Origin: Escherichia coli
GTDB lineage: Bacteria; Pseudomonadota; Gammaproteobacteria; Enterobacterales; Enterobacteriaceae
Assembly: GCF_041248615.1 (NCBI RefSeq)
Contig: NZ_CP158426.1
Length of the DNA stretch: 64,000 nucleotides
Reading direction: 5' to 3' (one strand)
In this document: in pieces, positions 8,943 to 19,699 of the stretch
Layout: every line of letters begins with the position of its first letter
How positions within the stretch are numbered: position 1 is the stretch's first letter
The notes under the pieces: model-generated
What the model was told of the DNA's origin: nothing
What the model saw: only the letters and a program-made list of their open reading frames with translations
Databases searched by the model: none
Made by a program: the position numbers and the translations under genes

Positions 8943-9284
8943 TTAATTCGGCATGGTTAGCCGTCTGGGAAATAAGCTCACCACTGCACGAAAATGATTC
9001 ATTGCTTTAATCAACTCCCGCTTTTCGTCAGTGGTCAGCTCATTAATGCTGATGCTATGACGTTCAGCTGGAATTTTTGCCATAAAGAATATGGCAGCCA
9101 GTGCCCGTTTATTTTGTTCGCTATTAATATCCCGTGGATCACGCATATCTTTAATAAACCGTTCAAGCTCTGACTCAATATTCAGACCAAAAACTTTCGC
9201 CCTTAACTCCGCAATGTGATTAAGTCCATTCAGGCGTTCACCGGGGCTTAATGGAACAGTCGCCGCAGCGCCTTCAATAGCCAT
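8943..9284 (-). CDS. Hypothetical phage early protein
   Basis: 113-codon ORF in the early operon; start uncertain. Confidence 0.4.
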   Translation of the reverse strand: MAIEGAAATVPLSPGERLNGLNHIAELRAKVFGLNIESELERFIKDMRDPRDINSEQNKRALAAIFFMAKIPAERHSISINELTTDEKRELIKAMNHFRAVVSLFPRRLTMPN

Positions 9285-9448
9285 TTGTTCCCCCGTTTTT
9301 TCGTAGATAGTTCTGCCAGCAATTCATCTTGTGAACGGCACGGATGCCAGCGTTTACCATCCTCACCCATGATCCAGCCGTGACCGTAGTGCATTGCCGG
9401 GCTTTGTTTAACAAGCAGCGATGCAAATGATGGTTCTTTCGTAAGCAT
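9248..9448 (-). CDS. Hypothetical small phage early protein
   Basis: 66-codon ORF starting 8 nt after the CII stop with GAGGTG upstream; overlaps the next ORF, so the call is tentative. Confidence 0.3.
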   Translation of the reverse strand: MLTKEPSFASLLVKQSPAMHYGHGWIMGEDGKRWHPCRSQDELLAELSTKKRGNKWLLKALRRLFH

Positions 9449-9455
9449 AAGCACC

Positions 9456-9965
9456 TCACAGCAAACCGAATGAAGCACCGAGGCCAGTCACGGTATCAAC
9501 TGCACTCGCCATCGCAGGGTTAGCCTGTAAACGGGCCTGCAATGAAACAGCAGCCAGCGCCATCAGTCGTGTTACAGAGTTAATGCTGCTGATAGCATCA
9601 CGACGACCTGCACTGGTTTTTACATCGCCAGATACCGCACCTGCAGCAACACGCCCGATCTCTGCGGTTGCACTCATGACGTAATGCGGCAGTTTCTCTT
9701 TTGCTACCTCATTAATCGGAACACATGGCAGGCAGTGAATCTGTGCCAGAAAACCATCTACCAGCGTTGAATCTTCAGTCAGATCGGTAAGCAACCAAAT
9801 TTCTGGTGCGGTTAATAAATGAGGTTGAGCTGGGTTCAGTTTGTTCCGCAGAATCTGCACATTCATACCTGCACGTTCTGCCAGTTGCACCAGATTGTGG
9901 CGCAGTGCGAATGCACGACAGGCTTCATCAAAATGTGGATGTTTGGAAACTTGGTAATCAAACAT
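9456..9965 (-). CDS. CII-like lysogeny-establishment transcriptional activator (phage 186 CII family)
   Basis: N-terminus [24 protein letters not shown]...[25 protein letters not shown] closely matches the recalled 186 CII sequence; first gene-pair position of the lytic operon. Confidence 0.8.
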   Translation of the reverse strand: MFDYQVSKHPHFDEACRAFALRHNLVQLAERAGMNVQILRNKLNPAQPHLLTAPEIWLLTDLTEDSTLVDGFLAQIHCLPCVPINEVAKEKLPHYVMSATAEIGRVAAGAVSGDVKTSAGRRDAISSINSVTRLMALAAVSLQARLQANPAMASAVDTVTGLGASFGLL

Positions 9966-9997
9966 GGTCAATGCCTCTGATGTATTTCAGAATCGAA

Positions 9998-10219
9998 CTA
10001 ATTAAGGTTTAGATTGCATTCTGAAAGCGCATCAACGGTCATGGCTGCTATGTTGATCATCACTTTTTCGCGTTTTTTATCTTTGCGCAAACGGTGACGG
10101 ATAAGGCGTCCATCAGCCAACATGTCATTGATGGTATCGATGGACAGCCCTGTCAGCTCGCTATAGCGTTCAATAGTCACATGAGGCGTGGTAAGAGTGA
10201 TTGAAATGTTAGGTCTCAT
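9998..10219 (-). CDS. Apl/Cox-like excisionase and lytic-operon repressor
   Basis: 73-aa basic protein, first gene of the lytic operon and divergent from CI, as apl/cox in 186/P2. Confidence 0.55.
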   Translation of the reverse strand: MRPNISITLTTPHVTIERYSELTGLSIDTINDMLADGRLIRHRLRKDKKREKVMINIAAMTVDALSECNLNLN

Positions 10220-10344
10220 GATGCAACATTCCTCGTTTAATGATGATTAATCAGGACGAATACGGATCGTTTGTATTTTGTGAACACCATAAACATACGA
10301 TCGCACAATGAAATCGTCAAGACAAAAGTTCACTTGGAGTGACC
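10220..10344. promoter_or_regulatory. Immunity switch region between apl and cI (expected pR/pL promoters and CI operators)
   Basis: 125-bp divergent intergenic region containing repeated ACGATCG-type elements; assignment by analogy to 186. Confidence 0.45.
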
Positions 10345-10914
10345 ATGAATTTGGAGAAAGGCGGACGAGGCGCTATAGAGCGCATGGTAGAAGCTTATGG
10401 ATTCAAGACTCGACAGGCGTTGTGCGATCATTTAGGAATCTCTAAAAGTACACTCGCCACACGCTACATGCGTGACTCATTCCCCGCAGAATGGGTAATC
10501 CAGTGCGCCCTTGAAACGGGCACCTCGCTTAATTGGCTCACAACCGGGCATGGTTCAAAGCAAACTTCAGGTAATACAAATACTATGGAAGTTGCTAAAT
10601 ATGTATTATCTGATGGGGCCTTGTGTGAAGACGGTTTTTATATTTTCGATAGGGGATTTCTACCGTCGGCATTCAAGAGTCTTTTTGTAATCACAGATAA
10701 TAATTCTGAATGTATTTGTGATAAGGAATTTGATGATATACGTGATGGTAAATGGGTAATAAGTATTGATGGTGAAATAACGATCCGTGACATTACTCGT
10801 TTACCCGGCGGAAGAATCTTCGTCGAGGGTGGAAACAGAGCGTTCGAATGCAAGATAGAAGACATTGAAATAATTGGTAAAATTATAAGTTTAACAGTCA
10901 AGTATGTTAAATAG
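10345..10914 (+). CDS. CI immunity repressor (phage 186 CI family)
   Basis: ERMVEAYGF...CALETGTSLNWLTTGHG...GKWVISIDGEITIRDITRLPGGRIFVEGGNRAFECKIEDIEIIGKII parallels the recalled 186 CI sequence; GGAG RBS before ATG at 10345 (track ORF starts at GTG 10339). Confidence 0.85.
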   Translation: MNLEKGGRGAIERMVEAYGFKTRQALCDHLGISKSTLATRYMRDSFPAEWVIQCALETGTSLNWLTTGHGSKQTSGNTNTMEVAKYVLSDGALCEDGFYIFDRGFLPSAFKSLFVITDNNSECICDKEFDDIRDGKWVISIDGEITIRDITRLPGGRIFVEGGNRAFECKIEDIEIIGKIISLTVKYVK

Positions 10915-10929
10915 TACCGGGAGGAAACT

Positions 10930-11121
10930 ATGCTTGGTAAGGTATTTTTTGTGGTTTTGTCATGTTCTTTGTTATTAAACCCACTAACTACCTATGCTAG
11001 AAATTATCCCTGTTCAGGGAAAAAGGGAGGTGTTTCTCACTGTACCTCAGATGGCAAATTCGTTTGCAATGATGGAACTATTAGTAAATCCAAAAAAATC
11101 TGTACTAAAAACTCACGATAA
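10930..11121 (+). CDS. Small secreted Cys-containing peptide (possible moron) between cI and int
   Basis: 63 codons; strong RBS GGGAGG 6 nt before ATG; N-terminal signal-peptide-like segment ([23 protein letters not shown]) followed by about 40 residues with four Cys and many Lys. Confidence 0.5.
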   Translation: MLGKVFFVVLSCSLLLNPLTTYARNYPCSGKKGGVSHCTSDGKFVCNDGTISKSKKICTKNSR

Positions 11122-11309
11122 CTTTTGCTTTTATATCTGCGCCTAAAATAAAAATGAGCCGCAGGTTAACCGCAAAAGTTACATGCTCACATAGCAAAAA
11201 GAATAGCCAACTTAATTATGGCTTCAGTGAGATGTATGGTCGTAGGATTTCATACATTGACACTGGTTATACATACAGTGAAAATGCTCTCTACTGGAGG
11301 GCATTTTTT

Positions 11310-12362
11310 ATGGCAGTACGAAAACTCACCACAGGGAAATGGCTTTGCGAATGTTACCCCGCCGGACGTAATGGGCGTCGTGTGCGTAAACAATTCGCCA
11401 CCAAAGGCGAAGCACTGGCCTTCGAGCGATACACCATGGGGGAAATAGAAGCAAAGCCCTGGCTGGGCGAATCAGTGGATCGTCGGACACTGAAAGATAT
11501 GGTTGAGCTATGGTTCAAATTACATGGCAAATCTCTTACTGCCGGACAGCATGTCTACAACAAGCTGCTGTTGATGGTTGACGCCTTGGGAAATCCCCTT
11601 GCAACTGATCTCACCTCAAAAATGTTTGCTCACTATCGCGATAAACGCCTTACTGGTGAAATCTACTTCAGTGAAAAATGGAAGAAAGGAGCAAGCCCAG
11701 TTACTGTTAACCTGGAGCAAAGCCATCTAAGCAGCGTTTTCAGAGAACTTTCCCGCCTGGGTGAATGGACACTTCCAAACCCATTAGAGAAGATGCGCAA
11801 ATTCACTATCGCAGAAAAGGAAATGGCATGGCTTACACATGAGCAGATTATCGAATTACTGTCTGACTGCAAACGTCAGAACCCAATTCTGGCACTGGTG
11901 GTAAAAATATGTCTAAGTACAGGTGCACGTTGGCGAGAAGCAATCAATCTTGCTCGCTCACAGGTCACCAAGTACCGAATCACCTTTGTGAGAACGAAGG
12001 GTAAGAAAAACAGAAGCATCCCTATCAGTAAAGAGCTTTATGAAGAGATAATGGCGCTCGATGGGTTCAATTTCTTCACAGACTGCTATTTTCAATTTTT
12101 ATCCGTGATGGAAAAAACGTCTATCGTTCTCCCTCGCGGTCAACTGACACACGTTCTGCGCCATACGTTTGCGGCGCACTTCATGATGTCGGGTGGAAAC
12201 ATCTTGGCCTTACAAAAAATTCTCGGACATCACGATATAAAAATGACTATGCGTTATGCGCATCTGGCACCGGATCATTTGGAAACGGCGCTCCGTTTCA
12301 ATCCACTGGCAACGTTACCAAATGGCGACAAAGTGGCGGCAGCGGTTGGCATTACCCCGTAA
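11310..12362 (+). CDS. int: Phage tyrosine integrase
   Basis: Catalytic residues in TGARWREA, HVLRHTFAAH and MRYAHL; GGAGG RBS before ATG at 11310 (track ORF starts upstream at 11154); last prophage gene, about 100 bp from host rcdA. Confidence 0.9.
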   Translation: MAVRKLTTGKWLCECYPAGRNGRRVRKQFATKGEALAFERYTMGEIEAKPWLGESVDRRTLKDMVELWFKLHGKSLTAGQHVYNKLLLMVDALGNPLATDLTSKMFAHYRDKRLTGEIYFSEKWKKGASPVTVNLEQSHLSSVFRELSRLGEWTLPNPLEKMRKFTIAEKEMAWLTHEQIIELLSDCKRQNPILALVVKICLSTGARWREAINLARSQVTKYRITFVRTKGKKNRSIPISKELYEEIMALDGFNFFTDCYFQFLSVMEKTSIVLPRGQLTHVLRHTFAAHFMMSGGNILALQKILGHHDIKMTMRYAHLAPDHLETALRFNPLATLPNGDKVAAAVGITP

Positions 12363-12421
12363 TAACCACCACTGACCACCACATTAAGTTATTGTTTTTC
12401 ATCTAACTTATTGTTTTTATT

Positions 12422-12447
12422 AACCCATTTAGATAAGTGGGTTTTTT
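12422..12447 (+). terminator. Rho-independent terminator after int / att-junction hairpin (AACCCA-N10-TGGGTT + TTTTTT)
   Basis: Stem-loop followed by a six-T run; its 3' part TGGGTTTTTTGTT equals the recalled 3' end of the E. coli RybB sRNA terminator. Confidence 0.5.
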
Positions 12448-12466
12448 GTTATCTAAAATTTATCTA

Positions 12467-13003
12467 CTACCCTGCAACCCTCTCAACCATCCTCAAAATC
12501 TCCTCGCGCGATAGCGGCTTACGGTCGGTGACAAAATGCAGCGTCATCCCCTCAATAAACGCATCAAGCGCGCGGGCGGTTCCGGGTTCAAACCATTGTT
12601 CGAGCGTTTGCTGACTGCGCTGCATCCAGTTTTGCATTACCGTTTTTAATAGCGGTTTTCGGCTAGCCAGCGCGTAGAGCTGATACATCAGCTCCATATT
12701 ATCCGGCGTTGCAACCTGTGAGCTGTAGATCATATCGGTGATAGCCTGGCATGCGCCTTGAGCATCACTAACATCGCTAAAAAATGCCTGATATTGCCGG
12801 GACATGATCTCAGTAAAACTGCTGAACGCCTCCAGCAACAACTCATCAATTCCTGAAAAATAGTAGGTCATCGATCCCAACGGTACCCCGGCAAGGGTAG
12901 CAATTTTGCGGTGCGTAACAGCATGTATTCCATAAAGTTTCACCGCCTCCAGCGTGGCCTGGATAATTTTTTCTCGCCGTTGCGGATCGTTAGCGCGACG
13001 CAT
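12467..13003 (-). CDS. rcdA: TetR-family transcriptional regulator RcdA (YbjK)
   Basis: Trimmed to internal Met gives 178 aa, matching K-12; N-terminal TetR HTH; synteny. Confidence 0.9.
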   Translation of the reverse strand: MRRANDPQRREKIIQATLEAVKLYGIHAVTHRKIATLAGVPLGSMTYYFSGIDELLLEAFSSFTEIMSRQYQAFFSDVSDAQGACQAITDMIYSSQVATPDNMELMYQLYALASRKPLLKTVMQNWMQRSQQTLEQWFEPGTARALDAFIEGMTLHFVTDRKPLSREEILRMVERVAG

Positions 13004-13086
13004 GTCATTTCCTCTCTCTGCAATTGTGTACAAATGTACACAACCTTGCTAATGTTGTCTTCCCTCTTCTTATTTTGACGTGATCT

Positions 13087-14295
13087 ATGACCGTAAATTC
13101 TTCACGTAATGCATTGAAACGCCGAACCTGGGCGCTGTTTATGTTCTTCTTTTTGCCGGGCCTGTTAATGGCGTCCTGGGCAACCCGTACGCCTGCTATC
13201 CGCGATATTCTTTCTGTTTCGATCGCTGAAATGGGCGGAGTCCTCTTTGGTCTGTCGATCGGTTCAATGAGCGGTATTCTCTGCTCGGCGTGGTTAGTGA
13301 AACGCTTTGGCACGCGTAATGTCATCCTGGTCACGATGTCCTGCGCATTGATCGGGATGATGATACTAAGTCTGGCACTCTGGCTGACATCGCCCCTGCT
13401 CTTTGCCGTTGGTCTCGGCGTCTTTGGGGCAAGTTTTGGTTCTGCGGAAGTGGCGATAAACGTTGAAGGTGCCGCCGTTGAGCGAGAAATGAATAAAACG
13501 GTTTTGCCGATGATGCACGGTTTTTATAGCCTGGGCACGCTGGCAGGCGCAGGTGTCGGGATGGCACTTACGGCCTTTGGCGTTCCAGCAACGGTGCACA
13601 TTTTATTGGCGGCGCTGGTAGGCATCGCGCCTATTTATATCGCCATTCAGGCAATCCCTGACGGTACGGGCAAAAATGCTGCCGATGGCACCCAGCATGG
13701 TGAAAAAGGCGTACCTTTTTATCGGGATATCCAGTTGCTGCTGATTGGTGTTGTGGTGCTGGCGATGGCCTTTGCCGAAGGTTCTGCCAACGACTGGTTA
13801 CCCTTATTAATGGTTGACGGTCACGGTTTTAGCCCCACTTCCGGCTCGCTGATTTATGCCGGTTTTACCCTGGGGATGACCGTTGGACGCTTCACTGGCG
13901 GTTGGTTCATCGACCGTTACAGTCGCGTTGCCGTGGTTCGGGCCAGTGCGCTAATGGGGGCGTTGGGTATTGGGCTGATTATTTTTGTCGATAGCGCCTG
14001 GGTCGCTGGGGTGTCTGTTGTACTCTGGGGACTGGGTGCCTCGCTGGGCTTCCCGCTGACCATTTCTGCCGCCAGCGATACCGGCCCCGATGCACCAACC
14101 CGCGTCAGTGTGGTAGCAACGACCGGTTATCTGGCTTTCCTCGTCGGGCCGCCGCTGCTGGGCTATCTCGGCGAACATTATGGATTACGTAGTGCAATGC
14201 TGGTTGTACTGGCGCTGGTTATTCTCGCGGCTATTGTCGCGAAAGCCGTCGCCAAACCCGATACCAAAACGCAGACGGCGATGGAGAATAGTTGA
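13087..14295 (+). CDS. ybjJ: MFS inner-membrane transporter YbjJ
   Basis: 402 aa, polytopic hydrophobic; synteny. Confidence 0.85.
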
Positions 14296-15110
14296 TGAGC
14301 ATTAAATTAATTGCGGTAGACATGGATGGTACTTTCTTAAGCGATCAAAAAACCTATAACCGTGAGCGGTTTATGGCTCAGTATCAGCAAATGAAAGCAC
14401 AAGGCATTCGCTTTGTGGTCGCCAGCGGGAATCAATATTATCAGTTGATCTCTTTCTTCCCTGAAATTGCTAATGAAATTGCCTTTGTGGCTGAAAACGG
14501 CGGCTGGGTAGTGAGCGAAGGCAAAGATGTTTTTAATGGCGAGCTGTCGAAGGATGCATTTGCTACTGTCGTGGAACATTTGCTGACGCGCCCGGAAGTG
14601 GAAATTATTGCCTGCGGAAAAAATAGCGCCTATACACTCAAAAAATATGACGATGCCATGAAAACGGTGGCGGAAATGTATTATCACCGTCTGGAATACG
14701 TCGATAACTTTGACAACTTAGAAGATATCTTCTTTAAGTTTGGTCTGAATCTTTCCGATGAACTGATTCCACAAGTACAAAAAGCATTACATGAGGCCAT
14801 CGGCGATATTATGGTGCCGGTCCACACCGGCAACGGCAGCATCGATCTGATTATCCCCGGCGTACATAAAGCCAATGGCCTTCGCCAACTGCAGAAATTA
14901 TGGGGAATAGACGACAGCGAAGTGGTGGTCTTTGGCGATGGCGGTAACGATATTGAGATGCTGCGTCAGGCAGGCTTTAGTTTTGCAATGGAAAATGCCG
15001 GCAGCGCGGTCGTCGCAGCAGCAAAATACCGGGCAGGCTCCAATAACCGTGAAGGCGTACTGGATGTGATCGATAAAGTTCTTAAACACGAAGCGCCATT
15101 TAACCAATAA
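14295..15110 (+). CDS. ybjI: HAD-superfamily (Cof-type) phosphatase YbjI
   Basis: DMDGTF motif, 271 aa; synteny. Confidence 0.85.
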   Translation: MSIKLIAVDMDGTFLSDQKTYNRERFMAQYQQMKAQGIRFVVASGNQYYQLISFFPEIANEIAFVAENGGWVVSEGKDVFNGELSKDAFATVVEHLLTRPEVEIIACGKNSAYTLKKYDDAMKTVAEMYYHRLEYVDNFDNLEDIFFKFGLNLSDELIPQVQKALHEAIGDIMVPVHTGNGSIDLIIPGVHKANGLRQLQKLWGIDDSEVVVFGDGGNDIEMLRQAGFSFAMENAGSAVVAAAKYRAGSNNREGVLDVIDKVLKHEAPFNQ

Positions 15111-15195
15111 AAACGGCAGCACGCCCGGCAACACAATGCCTGAATGAAGGCTGCATAATTCGCGGAAATTAACCCGCTGCATTATTTCAGGCAAA

Positions 15196-15480
15196 ATGAT
15201 TATGAAAAATTGTCTACTGTTGGGCGCGCTTTTAATGGGCTTTACTGGTGTGGCGATGGCGCAAAGTGTCACCGTCGATGTGCCGAGTGGATACAAAGTG
15301 GTTGTGGTTCCTGAATCAGTCAGCGTTCCACAAGCGGTCAGCGTCGCGACTGTGCCGCAAACCGTCTATGTGGCTCCTGCGCCAGCTCCGGCTTACCGCC
15401 CGCATCCTTATGTTCGCCATCTTGCCAGCGTAGGTGAAGGGATGGTTATCGAACACCAGATTGACGACCATCACCATTAA
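15196..15480 (+). CDS. ybjH: Small secreted protein YbjH
   Basis: 94 aa with signal peptide; synteny. Confidence 0.8.
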   Translation: MIMKNCLLLGALLMGFTGVAMAQSVTVDVPSGYKVVVVPESVSVPQAVSVATVPQTVYVAPAPAPAYRPHPYVRHLASVGEGMVIEHQIDDHHH

Positions 15481-15520
15481 TTTGAGAATGCCTGATCGCA
15501 CAAAGCAATCAGGCATTTTT

Positions 15521-16753
15521 TTACCCTTCGTGAGAATTTCCCATCTGTTTATCTTTTAAAAAGATAACCATCAGCGACAGCCACAAAATTCCGTTGACAA
15601 GGTTGAAGAGATTAAACAGTCCGTTGCCCCCGTTCAGCCAGGCATGTTTGCTGATTTCAATACCGACGGTAAAGATCAGCATTTGCAGCATTCCCATCGC
15701 CGCAGAAACCGTACCTTTACTCATATCGCTGGCAAACAGAGTTAATCGCACCAGTCCCGCATTCGCCAGACCAATACCGAAAGCATAAATACTTAACCCG
15801 GCGGTCATCCATAAATACGCGTGCGATGAGATAACCGTTGCCGCAGCAGCGACAAACAGACCAATCATAATCGGCCAGCCGCCCATAATAATCAGCGAAC
15901 GTACGGTGCGGCGCGAGGTCAGACGCGCTAGCAGCAAGTTACCCGCAATTAACGCCCCGAAAATAGGCACTTGCAGCAAGCCATATTCATAGCTGCTCAA
16001 CTGCTCACCGGTAATGATGATAATCGGCGACTGGGCGATCCACGCCAGCAACGGCAGGCTAACGAATCCCAGCGCCAGCGCCCCCGCCACAAAGCGACCG
16101 TTCTTCAGCACCAGCTTATAGTCACGACCGAGTTCTTTCAGCGACAGTTTCTCGCCTATACGCGTGGCGGTTTCAGGCATGGCTCGTTGCAGACCGAAAA
16201 AGGAGATCGCTGCCAATGCGGCAAACAAGACAAACATCCCTTCCCAGGGCAGCACATGGATCCACGCCGCGCCCACCAGCGGGCCAAGTAGTGGAGCAAT
16301 CAGCGCCACGTTCGCCATCAGCGCGGTGATCTTGATACAAACCGCCTCTTCGAAGGATTCCTGAATTGCGGCGTATCCCACAGCGCCAATGAAACAGAGG
16401 CTTATGCCCTGCAAGAAGCGCAACAGGGTGAATTGTTCAATGTTTTGCGCCAGTAATATTGCCAGACAGGTGATGATAAACCACACCACCCCCGCCAGCA
16501 TCACCGGACGGCGACCAATACGATCCGACAGCGGCCCCAGGAGCCATTGTAAAAACATCCCGCCCGCCAGATACGCAGTCATCGAAGTAGGAACCCAATC
16601 AATGCCCGCCTGATATTGTTCCACCACGGCCAACATACCGGGTTGAATCATATCGTTGCCGATATAGGTTGAAAATTCGTAAAGCACCAGACAGAGAGGG
16701 AAAAGTAACGCCTGACGTCCAAGCCTGGCACCGGAAACTAATTTATTTTGCAT
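15521..16753 (-). CDS. mdfA: MFS multidrug efflux transporter MdfA (Cmr)
   Basis: 410 aa after trimming to MQNKL; synteny. Confidence 0.9.
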   Translation of the reverse strand: MQNKLVSGARLGRQALLFPLCLVLYEFSTYIGNDMIQPGMLAVVEQYQAGIDWVPTSMTAYLAGGMFLQWLLGPLSDRIGRRPVMLAGVVWFIITCLAILLAQNIEQFTLLRFLQGISLCFIGAVGYAAIQESFEEAVCIKITALMANVALIAPLLGPLVGAAWIHVLPWEGMFVLFAALAAISFFGLQRAMPETATRIGEKLSLKELGRDYKLVLKNGRFVAGALALGFVSLPLLAWIAQSPIIIITGEQLSSYEYGLLQVPIFGALIAGNLLLARLTSRRTVRSLIIMGGWPIMIGLFVAAAATVISSHAYLWMTAGLSIYAFGIGLANAGLVRLTLFASDMSKGTVSAAMGMLQMLIFTVGIEISKHAWLNGGNGLFNLFNLVNGILWLSLMVIFLKDKQMGNSHEG

Positions 16754-17037
16754 GCAATTTCTTCGCCAATAATAATCGCGCAAAGTTTAATAAAAGCGCA
16801 GCTAACGAGAAAGCGAATTTTGTAGCTGAAACCACGGTTAAGCACATTCTTACATTATTGCGAGTATAGCTACGCTTTCTTTAAGTTTTATTTAACCTAT
16901 GCCCGTTACAATCACCCACCGTAAACAGGCCGCTTGAGGGAAATAAGACGATGCCGCTTTACCCAGTTTAACCTGCACTTTATTCTCAACGACTTGCCTG
17001 TATTGGCTCCCTTTTAATCACTTTGCGTCGGGAAGTT

Positions 17038-17634
17038 ATGCTGGAAAATTTGAATCTCTCTCTATTCTCTCTTATTAACGCGACGCCAGACTCTGCGCCG
17101 TGGATGATCTCGTTGGCGATTTTTATTGCTAAAGATTTGATTACCGTGGTGCCGCTGCTGGCTGCGGTACTTTGGTTGTGGGGGCTTACAGCACAACGGC
17201 AACTGGTGATAAAAATCGCTATCGCGCTGGCGGTCAGCCTGTTTGTGTCCTGGACGATGGGGCATCTTTTTCCGCACGACCGACCCTTTGTCGAAAATAT
17301 CGGCTATAACTTCCTGCATCATGCGGCGGATGACTCATTCCCGAGCGATCACGGTACGGTGATTTTCACCTTTGCACTGGCATTTTTATGCTGGCATCGC
17401 CTGTGGTCCGGCTCACTTTTAATGGTGCTGGCCGTCGTCATTGCCTGGTCGCGCGTTTATCTTGGCGTCCACTGGCCGCTGGATATGCTCGGTGGATTGC
17501 TGGCAGGTATGATTGGCTGCCTTAGCGCCCAGATTATCTGGCAAGCGATGGGGCATAAACTCTATCAACGTCTGCAATCGTGGTATCGTTTCTGTTTTGC
17601 ATTACCGATCCGCAAAGGCTGGGTGCGTGACTGA
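17038..17634 (+). CDS. ybjG: Undecaprenyl-diphosphate phosphatase YbjG (PAP2 family)
   Basis: 198 aa after trimming; PAP2 motifs (SFPSDH...); synteny. Confidence 0.9.
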   Translation: MLENLNLSLFSLINATPDSAPWMISLAIFIAKDLITVVPLLAAVLWLWGLTAQRQLVIKIAIALAVSLFVSWTMGHLFPHDRPFVENIGYNFLHHAADDSFPSDHGTVIFTFALAFLCWHRLWSGSLLMVLAVVIAWSRVYLGVHWPLDMLGGLLAGMIGCLSAQIIWQAMGHKLYQRLQSWYRFCFALPIRKGWVRD

Positions 17635-17691
17635 TCTCTGCTAAAAAGTGTAGTATTGAGCGGCTCGCTTCAATAACTATTCAGAGGGATT

Positions 17692-18450
17692 ATGGAAACA
17701 CGTCGCGAAGAGCGTATCGGGCAGCTGCTGCAAGAATTAAAACGCAGCGATAAGTTACATCTTAAAGACGCCGCCGCCCTGCTTGGGGTTTCAGAGATGA
17801 CGATTCGTCGCGATCTGAACAACCACAGTGCGCCCGTCGTTTTGCTCGGCGGCTATATTGTTCTGGAACCGCGCAGCGCCAGCCATTACCTGTTAAGCGA
17901 TCAAAAATCCCGCCTGGTGGAAGAAAAACGCCGGGCGGCAAAACTGGCTGCGACGCTGGTAGAACCCGATCAGACCCTCTTTTTTGACTGTGGCACCACC
18001 ACACCGTGGATTATTGAAGCGATTGATAATGAAATCCCTTTCACCGCCGTTTGTTATTCGCTAAATACCTTTCTGGCACTGAAAGAGAAACCCCATTGCC
18101 GCGCGTTTCTTTGCGGTGGTGAATTTCACGCCAGCAACGCCATTTTCAAACCCATCGATTTTCAGCAAACGCTGAATAATTTTTGCCCGGATATCGCTTT
18201 TTATTCCGCTGCGGGCGTGCATGTCAGTAAAGGCGCTACCTGCTTTAATCTTGAAGAGTTGCCGGTAAAACACTGGGCCATGTCGATGGCGCAAAAGCAT
18301 GTGCTGGTTGTCGACCACAGTAAATTTGGCAAGGTGCGTCCGGCGCGCATGGGTGACCTGAAACGCTTTGATATTGTGGTGAGCGATTGTTGCCCGGAAG
18401 ATGAGTATGTGAAGTACGCGCAGACGCAGCGTATTAAGTTGATGTATTAA
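17692..18450 (+). CDS. deoR: Deoxyribose operon repressor DeoR
   Basis: 252 aa, N-terminal HTH (METRREERIGQLLQELK...); synteny. Confidence 0.9.
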   Translation: METRREERIGQLLQELKRSDKLHLKDAAALLGVSEMTIRRDLNNHSAPVVLLGGYIVLEPRSASHYLLSDQKSRLVEEKRRAAKLAATLVEPDQTLFFDCGTTTPWIIEAIDNEIPFTAVCYSLNTFLALKEKPHCRAFLCGGEFHASNAIFKPIDFQQTLNNFCPDIAFYSAAGVHVSKGATCFNLEELPVKHWAMSMAQKHVLVVDHSKFGKVRPARMGDLKRFDIVVSDCCPEDEYVKYAQTQRIKLMY

Positions 18451-18496
18451 TGACGTATTACCGGATGACGTTTCGCGCCATCCGGTTATCAGAAGA

Positions 18497-19699
18497 TTAA
18501 GAGAACCAGCTGCCGAACCACTGATGGAATTTCATCATCACGAAATCCCACATCCGCCCAAAGAATCCGCCCTCTTCCACATTTTCCATCACGATCAGCG
18601 GACGCTGCTCAATGGATTTACCGTTAAGCTGGAAATCAATGGTCCCGACAACCTGACCTTTTTTCAGCGGTGCGGTAAGCTGCGGTTCCGTTAACGTGTA
18701 GCTCGCTTTCAGGTTTTTCAGCTGCCCACGCGGTATGGTCACTGAGCCCGCTTCACCTGCCCCGAGATTCACTTCGCTCTTATCACCAAACCAGACGCGC
18801 TGAGTCACAAAGGTGGCATCAGGTTTAATTGGCGTCACGGTTTCAAAGAAGCGGAAACCCCAGGTCAATAATTTCTCAGACTCATTAAAACGGATACGGT
18901 CAGTTTTCGCACCCAGTACTACGGAGATCAAACGCATATCGCCCTGGGTAGCCGAAGCAACCAGATTATATCCCGCGCCTGCCGTGGTTCCTGTCTTCAT
19001 GCCATCAACATTCAGATTGCTGCTCCATAGCAGACGGTTACGGTTAGGCTGTCGAATTTTGTTGAAGGTGAACTCTTTCTCTTTATGAATGGCGTACTCT
19101 TCCGGCACATCGTGGATTAATGCTTTACCCAGCAATGCCATATCGCGCGCGGTACTGAACTGCCCCGGCGCATCCAGACCGTGCACCGTCTGGAAGGTAG
19201 TGTTGGTCAGACCCAGTTTTTTGGCATAACCATTCATCAGACCAATAAATGACTCCTGGCTCCCGGCAACGTAATCGGCCAGCGCAATACAGGCGTCATT
19301 ACCGGACTGGATAATCACACCTTTGTTCAGGTCTGCCACTGAAACCTGATCGCCCGGTTTAAGGAACATTACCGATGAACCACGCAGTGCCGGATTTCCC
19401 GTCGCCCAGGCATCTTTACCGACCGTCACCATATCGGTGAGTTTAATCTTATCGGCCTTAAGCGCCTGCCCAACCACATAGCTGGTCATGATTTTAGTCA
19501 GGCTCGCGGGGTCCAGTTTTTCATCCGCATTGCCTTCTGCCAGCACTTTACCGCTGGCGTAATCCATTAAAATCCATGCACGCGCATCCACGCTCGGCGC
19601 TTCAACGGTTTGTTCCGCCGCGAATGCCGTTGGGGCAAAAAGGAATAAAAATGCAGAACCCGCTGCAAGACCACGAAGGAGAGAGGAGTATTGCGTCAT
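18497..19699 (-). CDS. dacC: D-alanyl-D-alanine carboxypeptidase DacC (PBP6)
   Basis: 400 aa after trimming; signal peptide and SxxK active site (ASLTK); synteny. Confidence 0.9.
   Translation of the reverse strand: MTQYSSLLRGLAAGSAFLFLFAPTAFAAEQTVEAPSVDARAWILMDYASGKVLAEGNADEKLDPASLTKIMTSYVVGQALKADKIKLTDMVTVGKDAWATGNPALRGSSVMFLKPGDQVSVADLNKGVIIQSGNDACIALADYVAGSQESFIGLMNGYAKKLGLTNTTFQTVHGLDAPGQFSTARDMALLGKALIHDVPEEYAIHKEKEFTFNKIRQPNRNRLLWSSNLNVDGMKTGTTAGAGYNLVASATQGDMRLISVVLGAKTDRIRFNESEKLLTWGFRFFETVTPIKPDATFVTQRVWFGDKSEVNLGAGEAGSVTIPRGQLKNLKASYTLTEPQLTAPLKKGQVVGTIDFQLNGKSIEQRPLIVMENVEEGGFFGRMWDFVMMKFHQWFGSWFS

Noticed and set aside
12363-12466. tRNA gene as prophage attachment site
   Set aside because: No cloverleaf-compatible sequence, T-loop GTTC motif or CCA end found within 150 bp of the integrase; the junction instead resembles an sRNA terminator.
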